A stretch of DNA of 64,000 bases from Squalus acanthias. Taxonomy: Eukaryota. The notes beneath the pieces are model-generated. The model had not been told where the DNA came from, ran no database searches, and saw only the letters and a program-made list of their open reading frames with translations. Shown here one piece after another: positions 47,629 to 60,343 of this stretch. Each line of letters starts with the position of its first letter. Position 1 is the first letter of the stretch. The stretch lies in the NCBI GenBank assembly GCA_030390025.1, contig CM059438.1:10850001-10914000 (forward strand), in the 5' to 3' direction. Both the position numbers and the translations under genes were made by a program.

Positions 47629-48442
47629 AAGAGGGCTACAAAATAAGATTGCTGGCTTGTATTCTGCATGGAGATCATTTGTTCACATGGACAATTCTTG
47701 TTAAGCACAGATGCTAACACAAAATGAGTTACCTCAGAAACCCTGCAGAATACTGCAGAAATTTTACTTGATGCAGAAGTGCTTATAATGAGTGTAAAAA
47801 TTTGAACTCCATTGTAATAATGCGTGACTAAATATTGATTGTTTTAACACTTTACATCCCAACTAGGCAGAAACCAGTTGTACTTCCCTCTATTTTCTGA
47901 CACTTAAAAGTCAAAGAGCAATTGCAATTTATTGTGATAGCATTCAGAGATCGTACTTTTCTGCTTGTAATGCGTTGTATAATACCTTTTTTTGGGGTGG
48001 TGTTCCAACTTTCGTCCATCCTCTCATGAAGGCGGTGGCTTGTGGTGGAATATAGTTCCATGCTTAGAGTCCTCTGGTACCTCTGGAAGTGACCAGTGTT
48101 TATATGTGAGATCGGTCAGTTTGGGGAAGATATATAACCATGGGGACATCACAGTCAATCCCCATCCCCCCTCACTCAACATCCACGCAGGCACTGACCA
48201 ATAGAAGTCACTGGATGGTGATAAAGAGCAATGCCCATGTCTGATTTCCCTACCCATTCTCTGGCTTGGAAATAGAGAGGCCTATCATATTGCCCTCATG
48301 GCTGTCCTGAGTGACGGCACAAATTGAATGTGGGACCTTTCTGGTCTGAAAGTGGAGCTCAGCACCACACTGGTTGGTATATTTAATCACTGAGTTATTG
48401 AGGAGTTTGCATGTGTTCCCTTTCTGGGGGCAGAGACATTAT

Positions 48443-48841
48443 GGCCTAGAAATTTGTTGTGGCCACACGTGCCTAAGCATCCAATATGGCCCATCGTATT
48501 GGTAAAGGTTCCAGTATAGGCATCCAGGGCCCGTGCCTGAAACAGGCGTTGGGCCCCTTTGCATCTGCAAGTAGTGGGCCTAATGCCTGTTTGAGGCCCT
48601 CTTCCCAAAATTCCCAATTGCCCCCCCCCCCCCCCCCTCTCCCAGGACCCACCTGAGGGCCACTGCAGGGGAGGCAGCTGGCCCACCCTCTTCCTCTTGG
48701 AACCGGTGAGCTGCCTCTGGACTCCCGGTTGGTGTCCACAGATCGTCGACAATACGGTGATGAGGCCTGGGGCCCAAATCCGGATGAGCCTTGGGCCTCT
48801 GGCGCACGCTCCAAAAATGGGCCGAAACAAATTTCCACCCC
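48443..48841. mobile_element. GC-rich MITE-like element
   Basis: Imperfect TIR GGCCTAGAAATTTGTT...AACAAATTTCCACCCC. Confidence 0.5.
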
Positions 48842-51794
48842 TGTGTCTTATATGCAGCTGAAATTTACATGTACTGTGAATGATTGCCAAAATATGTAAA
48901 TTTTAATTGTACTTTAAGTTGCAACAGTTGTAATTAAGTAACAAATGCTCATCATACTGTTGGGTAATAAAGGCACTTCAATTGATTTTTTTTCCCACTG
49001 GTTGTTTCATTGTTGATTGGAAACTATCCCATTTTTCATTCAGGTGCCTGTTCTATTTCTGATACTTGAATGGGTTAAGTAAGTCAATTTATCTTGAGTG
49101 AGTCTCATCATTAATGCTTTTAAAGTGGTTTGATCACCATTAACAAGTATTATTTCTGGTGTAAAATATCATTTATACAGTCAATACTAAGAAGAGTTAG
49201 TGAGCCCAATCATACAGACCATTTCCAATGTAGATACACATTTGAAGCTACACAATAGCTAAAAGACATTTGGGGGTTAATGATGGTCTCTACTGAAGTT
49301 AATTCAGCTCCTCAATGTTGTCCACTTCCCTAACTCCTCCAGAAAGATACTCTAATCACAGACCGTGTTCTATTTAAAAAAACACACAAATGTAGACATG
49401 GGTATAGAATGATTTTTAAGGGCGTGTGATGTATGCTATGAATTCTCCTCATTTATGGTGTGGGGCAGATTTAGAGTACCAGCAGAAACACCGTGTGATC
49501 TTGCCCATATCCAATTCTTCAAAAGGCCCATAGGTTTGGGAGGATGGTCCATCTAGAGATTGTGAGAACTGAATTGCTAACCTGTACAAACAGAGCAGCT
49601 GCTCACTGCCAGAGCAAAATGGAAAGAAGTGATGTTCAGCATCCATTGCACATCTACGACTGCTGAACTCTGGAGGTACTTTGCACCACCTTGGTTTATA
49701 TATACAGCCTCCTCCAGAGGCAGCACTGTAATATGATGCTCATTGTAACTATTTAATTCTAAGCAGTGGGGCTAATGGTGAGACTAGAATTTAAGAGTTC
49801 TGAATATGTACTTTTTTTAACTAACTGCATCAATTTTAGATTTAAATATCTCAATACAATAGTTTTTTTGTTGTGTGAAGCAATATATCAAGAATGGGAA
49901 TAAATGGCAGTTATAATATGGTGGAGGTGGATAGGCATCAAACCACAAGCCTGAAGTCAGTGCTGTAAAGCAAGACTATTTCACATTGGTAAACTTGCTT
50001 AGTGCTTCAAAATAGTTTTTTTTTCTCTCCTGTATAAATTGATGCATTTTAACACTTTTTTATTCAGTATTAAATATAAAGTCACATTTTTCTGGAACAC
50101 TTTACACTTGTGCAAAATCATGCTATTAACTTGAAAATATTGTTTTCCATTGTTTAGGAGCATTTAATTTGGGGCATGTATACAAAATGTAATTGAGCAT
50201 TGTTGTTCATACTGTGTCTCACTAAATGATGTTCGGATGTGAAATGAGTTCTTCCTCGTCTCTGTCGAGTTGAGCATAACTCTACAATTGGTAAAATACC
50301 ATTTGCTGCCACAGGACAAGTTTGAGTTATAACCTGATCGAACGAAAGGCCTGCTTCTCAATTTGGAGTTTCTGTATTCCAAAGACAGTAAGTGCGTCAG
50401 GTTGGAAGGGGCCTAAACTGCATCTGGATGGAAGTGTTCACAGTCTAAGATCTCCCGAGTACGCATAGTATTTAGCCTTTGAATACTGAGCTTGCTTGCA
50501 GCTAGCATACAACTAGCATAGGAATGCATATGATGGGCACCTCCAGGCCTGAGTAAGCATCATTACAGTAGAGCTCCCACACCATGGTTAGATTTAGAGT
50601 TTCCTGTTAATTTTACCAGCACTCAACTGTACTTTCCCTATATAAGCCAAGACATTAAAACATTAACGTTAAAAATGTTGCTTGAGCTTTTAATGTTTTT
50701 TGAAGCATTTTCATTGTTTTGCTGTTCTTTCCGACATGCTGCATCGCTTTTTTAATATCTTTTGATGCTTGTTCTATTAATCATTTTGCTTTTTAAAAAA
50801 AAAGTTTACTGGTGATAAAATATCCACCGTATGCTCCACATGGTAATGACGGTTAAATTTTATTTCAACCGCATACGTTTCAGACACAGCTCTCCCAATG
50901 GCTGTCAGTAAACTCGTAGTCCAGTGTCAGTGAGCCATTCGACCAGGGAGGTTACCGGTTCTATTCCTCTGCCTGTTCCACAAACGGCCTCTGCAATTTA
51001 TTCATACCTAGTGACTTCTGAGAAGTGTGTGTGTATACATCATGTGAAGATAGCATTAAAATTGCCTATCACTCCCACATGGTGAAATAGCCTGCCAATA
51101 TTCACTGCCTAGATAGACAGGTAAAGAATGACCACTTAGACAAGGTACTGACGTGTAACTGGTACCTGTGGAACTTTCCCTTCAGGAAAGGAGGTGAAAA
51201 TTGGAGCAATAATATAAAAATACAATCTCGGCAAATGAAGCAGAGCATTGCTTTCAGAAAACTATTCATCTTCGCTCAAGAATACAAATGGAAAAATGCC
51301 ATTTCATTTAAATTCTACTTTTCCACAGATATGGAACAGCCTGTACCAATAAATGGAAACACTTAGTAACATGGAAGGATTGTATTATAATCTATTTCGC
51401 ACATTTGCTATAATTGCTCTGAAATGTTTTGTAGTGACAGAGGTTTCTGCTGCCGAGAGCTCCGTATTTACTCTTTGCATGTAGTTCAACAATTACTTTT
51501 TTAAAAATAGTTATGAATTGTGATTCTAAGTGAAAAGCTAATTAAAATTAAATAAATCCTACAAATTATAATAAAGTAAGAATTAGCAAAATCCTCGCAG
51601 TCTTTCAGAAAATGTTGGATTTTTTTATAAATGGCAGACCAGATGGAAAATCAAAATGTGGCATACAATAAAACCATTGCTCTTGTGTAAACTTCAGCAC
51701 TGTAGTAGCATTCACACACATTCACATATTTTGTACACTTAAAAAAAAATACAAACTTCCTCAAGCTGCATTGCACTAGCTTGCTGCAAAATTA

Positions 51795-52040
51795 CAGTAC
51801 ACTCTTTCGTATCCGGCACCTACGGGACCAGGATGGTGCCGGTTGATGAAATTCTGGATAACAGAGAGGTAGGCAATTTTTAACAAAAAAAATAAAAACC
51901 ACTGACTAACGTGGCCACTGTGGGGAAACTCGGACTTGGGAAAACGAAAAATGGATGGATTCGGCAAGATTACCGGTTATCTATTTTGCCGGTTATTAAA
52001 GAATTCCGGATGATGAAGTGCCGTTTAAACGAGTTTACTG
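51795..52040. mobile_element. Tc1/mariner (Tigger/pogo-like) MITE
   Basis: TA|CAGTACACTC...GAGTTTACTG|TA: TIRs with TA TSD. Confidence 0.8.
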
Positions 52041-52471
52041 TACATAGAATTTACAGCACAGAAGCAGGCCATTCGGCCCAACTGGTCCATAAGACCCTCC
52101 TCCCACCCCTCTTCATCTAACCCTATCAGCATAACCTTCTATTCCTTTCTCCGTCAAGTGCTTATCTAGCTTCCCCTTAAAAAAATCTCCTGAGCTAGAT
52201 AGAACTAGTTGACTGTTAAAAGCTTTAAAAAAATCAACCTTAATATAATTTAAGGAGTCTTATTTAAAACTGTTAAATTACAGAACAGACCATCAACTAG
52301 TCCGTTGAATATTGCAACATTTTTAAGAAGTGTGGATGGATTCCAATTCAACTGGAGATCATAAACTTTGTGCCAAGGCTGGACGGAGGCAAAAAGTTCT
52401 GAGTTGGTGCTGTACGTGTAGCTAAATAGGGTGAGCCATTGCTCAGTCCCACCTTCTTTATGGTGAGGTCT

Positions 52472-52845
52472 AGGGCTCGATTTTAACTCCCCACCCCCAG
52501 CGGAAACCAGGAGGGATAGTTAAATGGAGCAGTGGACTTGCACTCCTTCCCCGCCCCGACCGAGCTGACTGTAATTTTTAATGATGACATTGGGCCTAAT
52601 CTGCCATTTTAACCTGAGATCGGAGCGGGGATCAGTGAGGACTTCACTGCTAGGCAAAACCTGACTGGAACAGCAGCCAAGGCCAGAAGAGGCCCAGTAA
52701 AGTAAATTTTAAAAAAAAATGAGTTTCCTTGTGGGCCTGATTTTAACAGCCGATCAGCCACTTCCCGCCGACTTCTCAGCTGTTTTGCTCGGGACGTTGG
52801 GACACAGCATGCTAATGAAGCCCGGCTGTTAAAATCAGCCGAGCC
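52472..52845. mobile_element. Harbinger-like MITE
   Basis: Begins GGGCTCGATTTTAAC (same start as the 30888 element) and ends GTTAAAATCAGCC. Confidence 0.5.
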
Positions 52846-53613
52846 TGTCTTCTGCTGCTTGTTTTGCTGCCATCCTGCCCGGGAGATAAAAGCGAGCCCC
52901 TCGTTTCCAAAAAGGAAGTCCCTTATTTGTCAAATGAAGTTAATGTTGAGCAATCTGTTCCGTGTGTCTCACCTCAACATCGTAAAATTGAAATGCTTTT
53001 GAAACCCATCTCCCCCTCCCCCCCCCCAAAAAAAACTGTAATCTTCAAGAATGTAATCTTTTGGTACGACAGATGTAACTTTATTTTTCAGTGCTGTTAT
53101 GCAGAGCAGATTTTTATCCGTACCAGTTATAACTATTACAAACAGCAGAGTAATTATGGTCTAGTCTCATTAATCCAGGCAAAACCGTCACAACAAAATG
53201 TGTCATTATTAAAGTGTGGTATTGTGGATGTTTATAAAGATTTGCTATTATAAATCCCTGTAGATCACTTCCATCCATTGCCTTTTACAAGTTGATCACA
53301 ACCCATATATAATTAGTTCTTTTTGGAGTGTGTGTATATTGAATAACCCTGATCTATTTTCAGGGTCGGTATATTAATGTGGTTAGATTTAACTTTTGGC
53401 TTCCTTGTTACTTTGTTAGATACAAACTCTGAGAACATCGGGTTTTTTTATTTAAAAAAAGGTAGTAGAAGACAAAAGGCTCATTACTCTCATCAGGGAT
53501 TAATCAAATTAAACCTTAAGAGATGTTTCAGTTTAGTAAAAAGTTAGGAGTTGTAAAACAGGGTGGTACAGTCGTCGGCACACTGCTCTTTCATCTCTAG
53601 GGTCTGAATTTGG

Positions 53614-53970
53614 AATAAAAACAGAAAATGCTGGAGATACTCAGCAGGTCAGGCAGCATCTGTGGAGAGTGAAACAGAGTTAACGTTTCAGGTCGATGAC
53701 CCTTCATCAGAACTGGAAAAAGCTGGAGATGGAACAGGTTTTTAAGCAAGTGTAGGGGCAGGGAAAGAGGGGAGGGGAGGAAAGAACAAAAGGGAAGGTC
53801 TGTGATAGGATGGAAGGCAGGAGAGATTAAGAGACAAAAGGGATGATGGTAAAATGGGATAAGTTAAGAAACAAAAGATGGCTCTAGATGAAGTGTAAAT
53901 GGCAATGGCTGAATGGTCGACAGCTGAGAGAGAGAAAAAAAGATAGGGGCAGAGGTTATGGTCTGAAATT
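53614..53970 (-). mobile_element. Penelope-like element end with hammerhead core
   Basis: Minus strand: pyrimidine-rich tract, then CTGATGAAGGGTCATCGACCTGAAACGTTAACTC...CTGCTGAGTATCTCCAGCATTTTCTG. Confidence 0.7.
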
Positions 53971-54989
53971 GGATTTGGGCCAGACAAATGTGATAAGTCT
54001 ATCTCTGTGAGTGTAAGGTCTCTATCTAAGGGCTCTAGTGTCACTCTCACCTCTGAGGCTGGGTCTCGGCGACATTGTTGGGAGATTAAGAACACAAATC
54101 ACAGAATGAGAAGTTTGCCATATCCTCCTGTTACATAGAATCTACTTTTATCATGGACTTGACTCCACCCATTTAAACTCCTGAAAGAATGTTTTGAATA
54201 AATACTCCCAAATCCCCAAAACTAGTCAAACAAAACTCCAAGATATTTATTAATTCCCACATCTTCATTATTCTGCTCTCCACAGCCAACATGCTAAACC
54301 CCAGTGGTAAAGAAACTACTCCTATGTAGAAGCTGATGGTCTCAATATAAATCAGTAATCTTTCTTCAATTCTGGATTCCAAACCAGTACCAGTTATAGC
54401 TATCATCTTGATGAGCACAGACATCATCCCCAATCTTTTCTAAACAATTGCAATCAACTGGAGCTGAAGAAGAGATGGGGCTGTGTCTCTGATGGCTGGT
54501 ACAAATGCAACACAAGCTTGTGAATAGAGCAGAAATGGGCCCCCAAGATGGTTCAGGACTCCTACATCAGAGTGCTGTGAATAGTGCTGCATATTTGTGC
54601 ATGTAAAATCTCTACTGTTTTATTCCAAGGAGCATATAATAATTCATTCACCTCAGAATTCATTACATTTAGAGCAACAGCATAAAAAAAGCTTTCTCAT
54701 CAGTCTGAGCCTGGGAGGGGTGTGTCATGGGAGTGCATCTCAGAATTTATTTTCCTGTAATGTGATTGGGCAGAAAATTTGCCGTGGGGGCGGTGTTGGG
54801 TGGCTAGAAAGGTTTTCTGGAATATGATTGGTGAATAACAAGAGTAGAAAGTGACCAATTAGAAAGACGAAAAATACAGATCTAGCCAATGACAAAGGTA
54901 AAAAGACCATGAAATCATCAGATCGAAAACTGCCTGTCATACACCAGTCACAATGTTCAATATAGGCACAAAACTTTACGTAAGTTTTT

Positions 54990-55295
54990 TTTAATTCATT
55001 CTTGGGATATAGGCGTCGCTAGCAAGGCCAGCATTTATTGCCCTGGTTGCTCTTGAGGGAAGACGGTGGTGAGCCACCTTCTTGAACCGCTGCAGTCCGT
55101 GTGGTGAAGGTACTCCCACAGTGCTGTTAGGGAGTTCCAGGGTTTTGACCCAGCGACGATGAAGGAACGGCAATATATTTCCAAGTCAGGATGGTGTGTG
55201 ACTTGGAGGGGAACTTGGAGGTGATGGTGCTCCCATGCACCTGCAGCCCTTGTCCTTCTAGGTTGTGGAGGTCGTGAGTTTGGGAGGTGCTGTTG
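54990..55295 (-). mobile_element. CR1/L2-clade LINE 3' end
   Basis: SFIVAGSKPWNSL C-terminal motif and A-rich tail. Confidence 0.75.
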
Positions 55296-55753
55296 AAGAA
55301 CAGTAGACAGATAAATAAACAAGTATATAGACAGGAAAATGAATCCTGTTAACTGTAATTGTGTGGGACACACAAAATTGTTCAAAAACATAATTTCAGA
55401 GAAGATAAATTTTTACTAAGTCCATAACAATTTGTGAAGCTTTGCTTCAAACAGATGTTTAGATTTCCAAATATTTGGACTTGCATGTAGTGCCCTTAAC
55501 TAAGAATGCCATGTGATCCTCTAAATATGTCAAATGTACAATCAAGTCTGCACACATTCATTTTACTGATGGGCCATACGGGAATTCCATTCAACTTGTA
55601 TTACTGAGAAGCCAGGAAGTGAAATGCCATGTGCAACTTCAATTTCAATCTTTTATTCATTTAACCAATGTGTAGTTGTTAAGCTGGATACTGTCTCTCT
55701 ATTAATTCACCTTGGTCCACTATTTAAAGGTAGCACAATGTAAACAGTAACAG

Positions 55754-55924
55754 TCAGATGTGAAGCATCTGCTCCGCAGCTGCTAGGTGATATAGGAAGC
55801 TCTCGGTTGCAGGTGGGAAGCGGCGTTCCTTCAGAATCTCCAGAGTGATCTTGGATTTCCCCCCCTCATCTGGTGCCAGCGAGGCTAAATTGGTCAATAT
55901 TTCTTTTGTTTTTTGTGAAATGTC
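55754..55924 (-). CDS. DENND10: DENND10 terminal exon ([10 protein letters not shown]...[11 protein letters not shown])
   Basis: ttcag|GAC, 171 nt to TGA. Confidence 0.95.
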   Translation of the reverse strand, partial: DISQKTKEILTNLASLAPDEGGKSKITLEILKERRFPPATESFLYHLAAAEQMLHI

Positions 55925-58900
55925 CTGAAAGGAACAATGAAAATGGAAGTCAACACAAAGGGGAACGAGTCTGGAATTTGTTGGCCCTGAATTCGCGGCC
56001 GGCGCCGTAGCTAAGGAGTACGCCGCCACCCGAACGAAATCGCACTTACCTCGAGCGAACCCCCCTTCGAAAAATTGCTTTCAGACGCTGCAGAGTTGTG
56101 CCCCACGGATCCCGGGGCCGCGCCGTTGTGCGTATACAAACCTGGGATCACGTGTTGCGGTGTTCCTTTCACTTCCTGACTCTTAACCAATCAGGAAACA
56201 GGAGATGGCTGATTTGCCCACAACTCATTTTAAATAATTTAGCAGCCAGAAATGCTATTTTATTAATAAATTACGATCAGTGCAATAGTATTTAATACAC
56301 AAACCGAGATTATAATACACAAACCTAGAATTACAGTCTCCTCTATTAGACTAACTTTTGATTAATTTAAATCATCTAAAATCGAGAGTTTAAATGTCCG
56401 ATAACATGAGGAAATCGTGAAAGTGAATTAAATCCTATCTAAATAGAAGTTGGGAAATAATTAAACCGAAACTACAAAAGGCGTTTGGGCAGCAAGGACG
56501 TGTGGCACAAAAAGACCCTGTTAAGAACATAAGAAATAGGAGCAGGAGTCGGCCATTCGGCCCTTCGAGCCTGCTCCGCCATTCAATGAGATCATGGCTG
56601 ATCTTCTGCCTCAACTCCATTCACCGGCCCTATCGCCATATCCCTTGATGCCTTTACTAGTCAGAAATCTATCGACTTCTGTTTTGAATATACCCAATGA
56701 CTGAGCCTCCACAGCCCTCTGGGGTAGAGAATTCCAAAGATTCACCACCCTCTGTGTGAAGAAATTTCTTCTCATCTCAGTCCTGAATGGCCTACCTTTT
56801 ATCCTGAGGCTGTGGCCCCTGGTTCTAGACTCCCCAGCCAAGGGAAACATTCTCCCAGCATCCACCCTATCAAGCCATGTAATAATTTTGTATGCTTCAA
56901 TGCGATCCCCTCTCATTCTTCTGAATTCAAGAGAATACAGGCCTAGTTTACTCAATCTCTTCTCATACGACAGTCCCGCCATCCCAGGAATCAATCTCGT
57001 GAACCTTCGTTGCACTCCCTCTATGGCAAGTATATCCTTCCTTAGGTAAGGAGACCAAAATTGTACACAGTACTCCAGGTGTGGTCTCACCAAGGCCCTA
57101 TATAATTGGAGTAAGACTTCTTTACTCCTGTACTCAAATCCTCTTGTAATAAAGGCCAGCATACCATTTGCCTTCCTAATGGCTTGCTGCACCTGCACAT
57201 TAATGTACAAGGACACCCAGGTCCCTTTGAGCATCTGCATTCCCCAATCTTTCACCATTTAGGAAATACTCTGCCTTTCTGTTTTTTCTACCAAAGTGGA
57301 TAACTTCACATTTATCCACATTATATTCCATCTGCCATGTTCTCGCCCACTCACTGAGCCTGTCGAGATCCCTTTGAAGTCTCTTCACATCCTCGTCACA
57401 ACTGACACTGCCACCTAGCTTTGTATCATCAGCAAATTTGGAAATGTTACATTTAGTCCCCTCATCCAAATCATTGATATAGATTGTGAATAGCTGTTTT
57501 CAAACTCGAACAAATTAAAGTTTCTTTCAGAGTTTGTATCCGCTCAGACACGAACCAATGCCTCATTGTAGCATAAACAAATACAATTTTCTCATCCCCC
57601 CCCCCCTCCCCTTATGCTATGCAACAGGCTCCTGTACCTGTTTGCACCAGACGCAAAACAATTTCAGGGTAATTGATGCGCAGTAGGTGGGCAATTAGCC
57701 CAACTTTTTGCCAGCACGTTGACTTGAATGGGTAGGGGAAACGTGCTGCAAAGCCGAATGCGCAGTCGGAATTTGACAGATCGCAAGTTCGGGATTTAGC
57801 GCATGGAAATCCCATACTTGCGTTCAATTTCAAAGGCAGTATGACGCCGTACCCTGAATTCAGGGCCTATTTTCACCTTTTGTTGAAATCTGCACCCTCG
57901 GCTCCCCTGACGGCTCTGCGACTGCGAGTATATCTAGTGTGTAACTAAGTCACACAAACCAGGAACGTCTTAAGTTTAATCCCCAATCAGTGCTGGAGTA
58001 GCTGATCTCAAATAGGACAATGGTTGGTGCGGCACCATTGGCCTCAGTACCCTGAACTATGGAGAGAAAAGTCAGCATTGGCTCTGCTCATTACCTCACG
58101 ATCAGCAACCCCTCCTGGAAGTGTACATGTGTGGACTTGGGTGAAGACAGACCTAGCACTGCCTATGTTGTTACCCATGCCTTAATGGCCTGGCAATACT
58201 GACCATTAAGGTTCATGTATGAATGCCAATGAGGCACAAAGACAAACTGTACCCCAGCATAAGAATCAACACCTTCAGGAGAGAGGAAAGAAAACTGACA
58301 AGCAAAGAATAAAGCTGCAACCTGAAGCAAACTAATTGGTTTTAACAATGATGCCTATGGCCTGGGTGGTGCAGTGGGTCAGCACATTGCCTTTTCACCT
58401 GCAGGACTGGGATTTGAATCCCATTTTAAAGGTCCTACATGATGGGAGTTGAGCAGTCTTAACCTAATTCCCAATGCGTTTGAACCCTCCGCACAGAATT
58501 TGTCAGTCTCACGCAGAGATCATTAAATAATCCACTGTGATATGGAATAATCCAATGTTTTCAGTCAATTAATCATAAAGGAAAATCTTCTGATTCTTAT
58601 CAGAGGCTTTATTTGCCTCCAATGGGAATTAAATAAATTGGGAAGAATCTATTCTGGTTTAGACTGTGCTTGTTCCCTCATAATTTCTCATCAATTGGAT
58701 CCTCAACTAAAATAAAATGGTACTTGTGTTGCCTCCACTCCACTGGATATTTTTATCATTTGTTGTCCATCCCTAGTTACCTGAGGAGATGATGGTAGAG
58801 GGCATTAAGCATCACATGTAAAGCAGGCTAGGTAGGGGTAGCAGGTTTACTTGCCTGAATGCTATTAGTGAATTAGTTGAGTTTTTAATGATAATCTGAG

Positions 58901-60311
58901 AGCTTTCATGGTTATGCTTTCTGGTTGCAGATTTATTGAATTCACCACAACACATCTTGACTTGACTTTAGGATTTGAAGTTGGCCTTTAGATTGCTAGT
59001 TCAATACCATAACCGCTACACCAGCTGGTATACCATCATTTACTCTACCGCCACTTTTGTAAGGCTTTTCTCCTTTTCTCCTCACTTTTCTCCTCATCAC
59101 CTCTGCAAATTTGCTGAGATTGGGAATTTGTCAGAAGGCTTATCTTCCTCCATTCTCTAATGTTTGCAGAAAAGATATGGGTATCAAGCAAGGAAGCATT
59201 CGTGAACAGAAGGAAAAAATACCCATGTGCAGGCAATTGTGTATACAGGGCTTAAAGAATAAAATAGGACTATGAATACACATATGAACCAACTAAGTAC
59301 TAGTGAATGGAGCAATCACTAGATACTCTCCCAAGTTCTGCAGAGGAGGACATAATGGCAAATAATCACCTTAATCACTTGACCATCTGATTTCTCCGGG
59401 TCACCGGCTGACTGGACAATGAGTTGTCCAATATCCTTGTGCAGTTTACCCATCGTCATTGTCTCTATGAGAGAAAGAGTTAAACAGTTTCACATATGCC
59501 ATCAAACAGTAACAATTTTATCCTGCATTAGCGGATCTCCCTGTTGTGTTGTTCATGGTGAGTCAGACAATTTATAACAGTAGGGTTATTACCAACAAAG
59601 TGTGACAGGGAAATGCTACAGGATGTGAGTGTGACACAAGAAGGGCACGCTATACATAAAACTTTGAATATATTAGTTAGATAATAGGTATAATTCCTAA
59701 TTCTGTGAACATCATCACATATTGAAGACACTGAGCACAAAGCTGCTGTTGCACCACCAGCTGTTGCAAGTATTAAATGGACCCAATGTCCTATAGGAAC
59801 AAAATCACACTGAAACCAATATGCTGTAATGTTATACCAATATGTTTTTTGTACAATATTCTTAATCCATCAACCTCAAATTGCTCCAACCACTACCAGT
59901 ACCAGTGGCAGATCTGCAGCCACCAAAACTTCAGAGTTTGATTCATTTAAAATGCTCTGTCCAGAAACAATATAAGCTTGGAAGGACAAACTCTATAATT
60001 CTACTGCTGCATGAAATCTTAGTGCCAACACTGTATACAATTACAACAGTAACAACTTGCATTTATATAGCACCTTTAACATAGTAAAACGTCCCAAGGC
60101 GTTTCACAGGAGCGTTATCAAACAAAATTTGACACCGAGCCACAGAGGGAGATATTAGGGACGATGACCAAAAGCTTGGACAAAGATAGGTTCTAAGGAA
60201 CATCTTAAAAGAGAGAGGCAGAGAGGTTTGGGGAGGCAATTCCAGAGCTTAGGGCCTAGTCAGCTGAAGGCACGACCGCCAAGGTTGGAGCGATGAAAAT
60301 CAGGGATGCAT

Positions 60312-60343
<32 letters not shown>

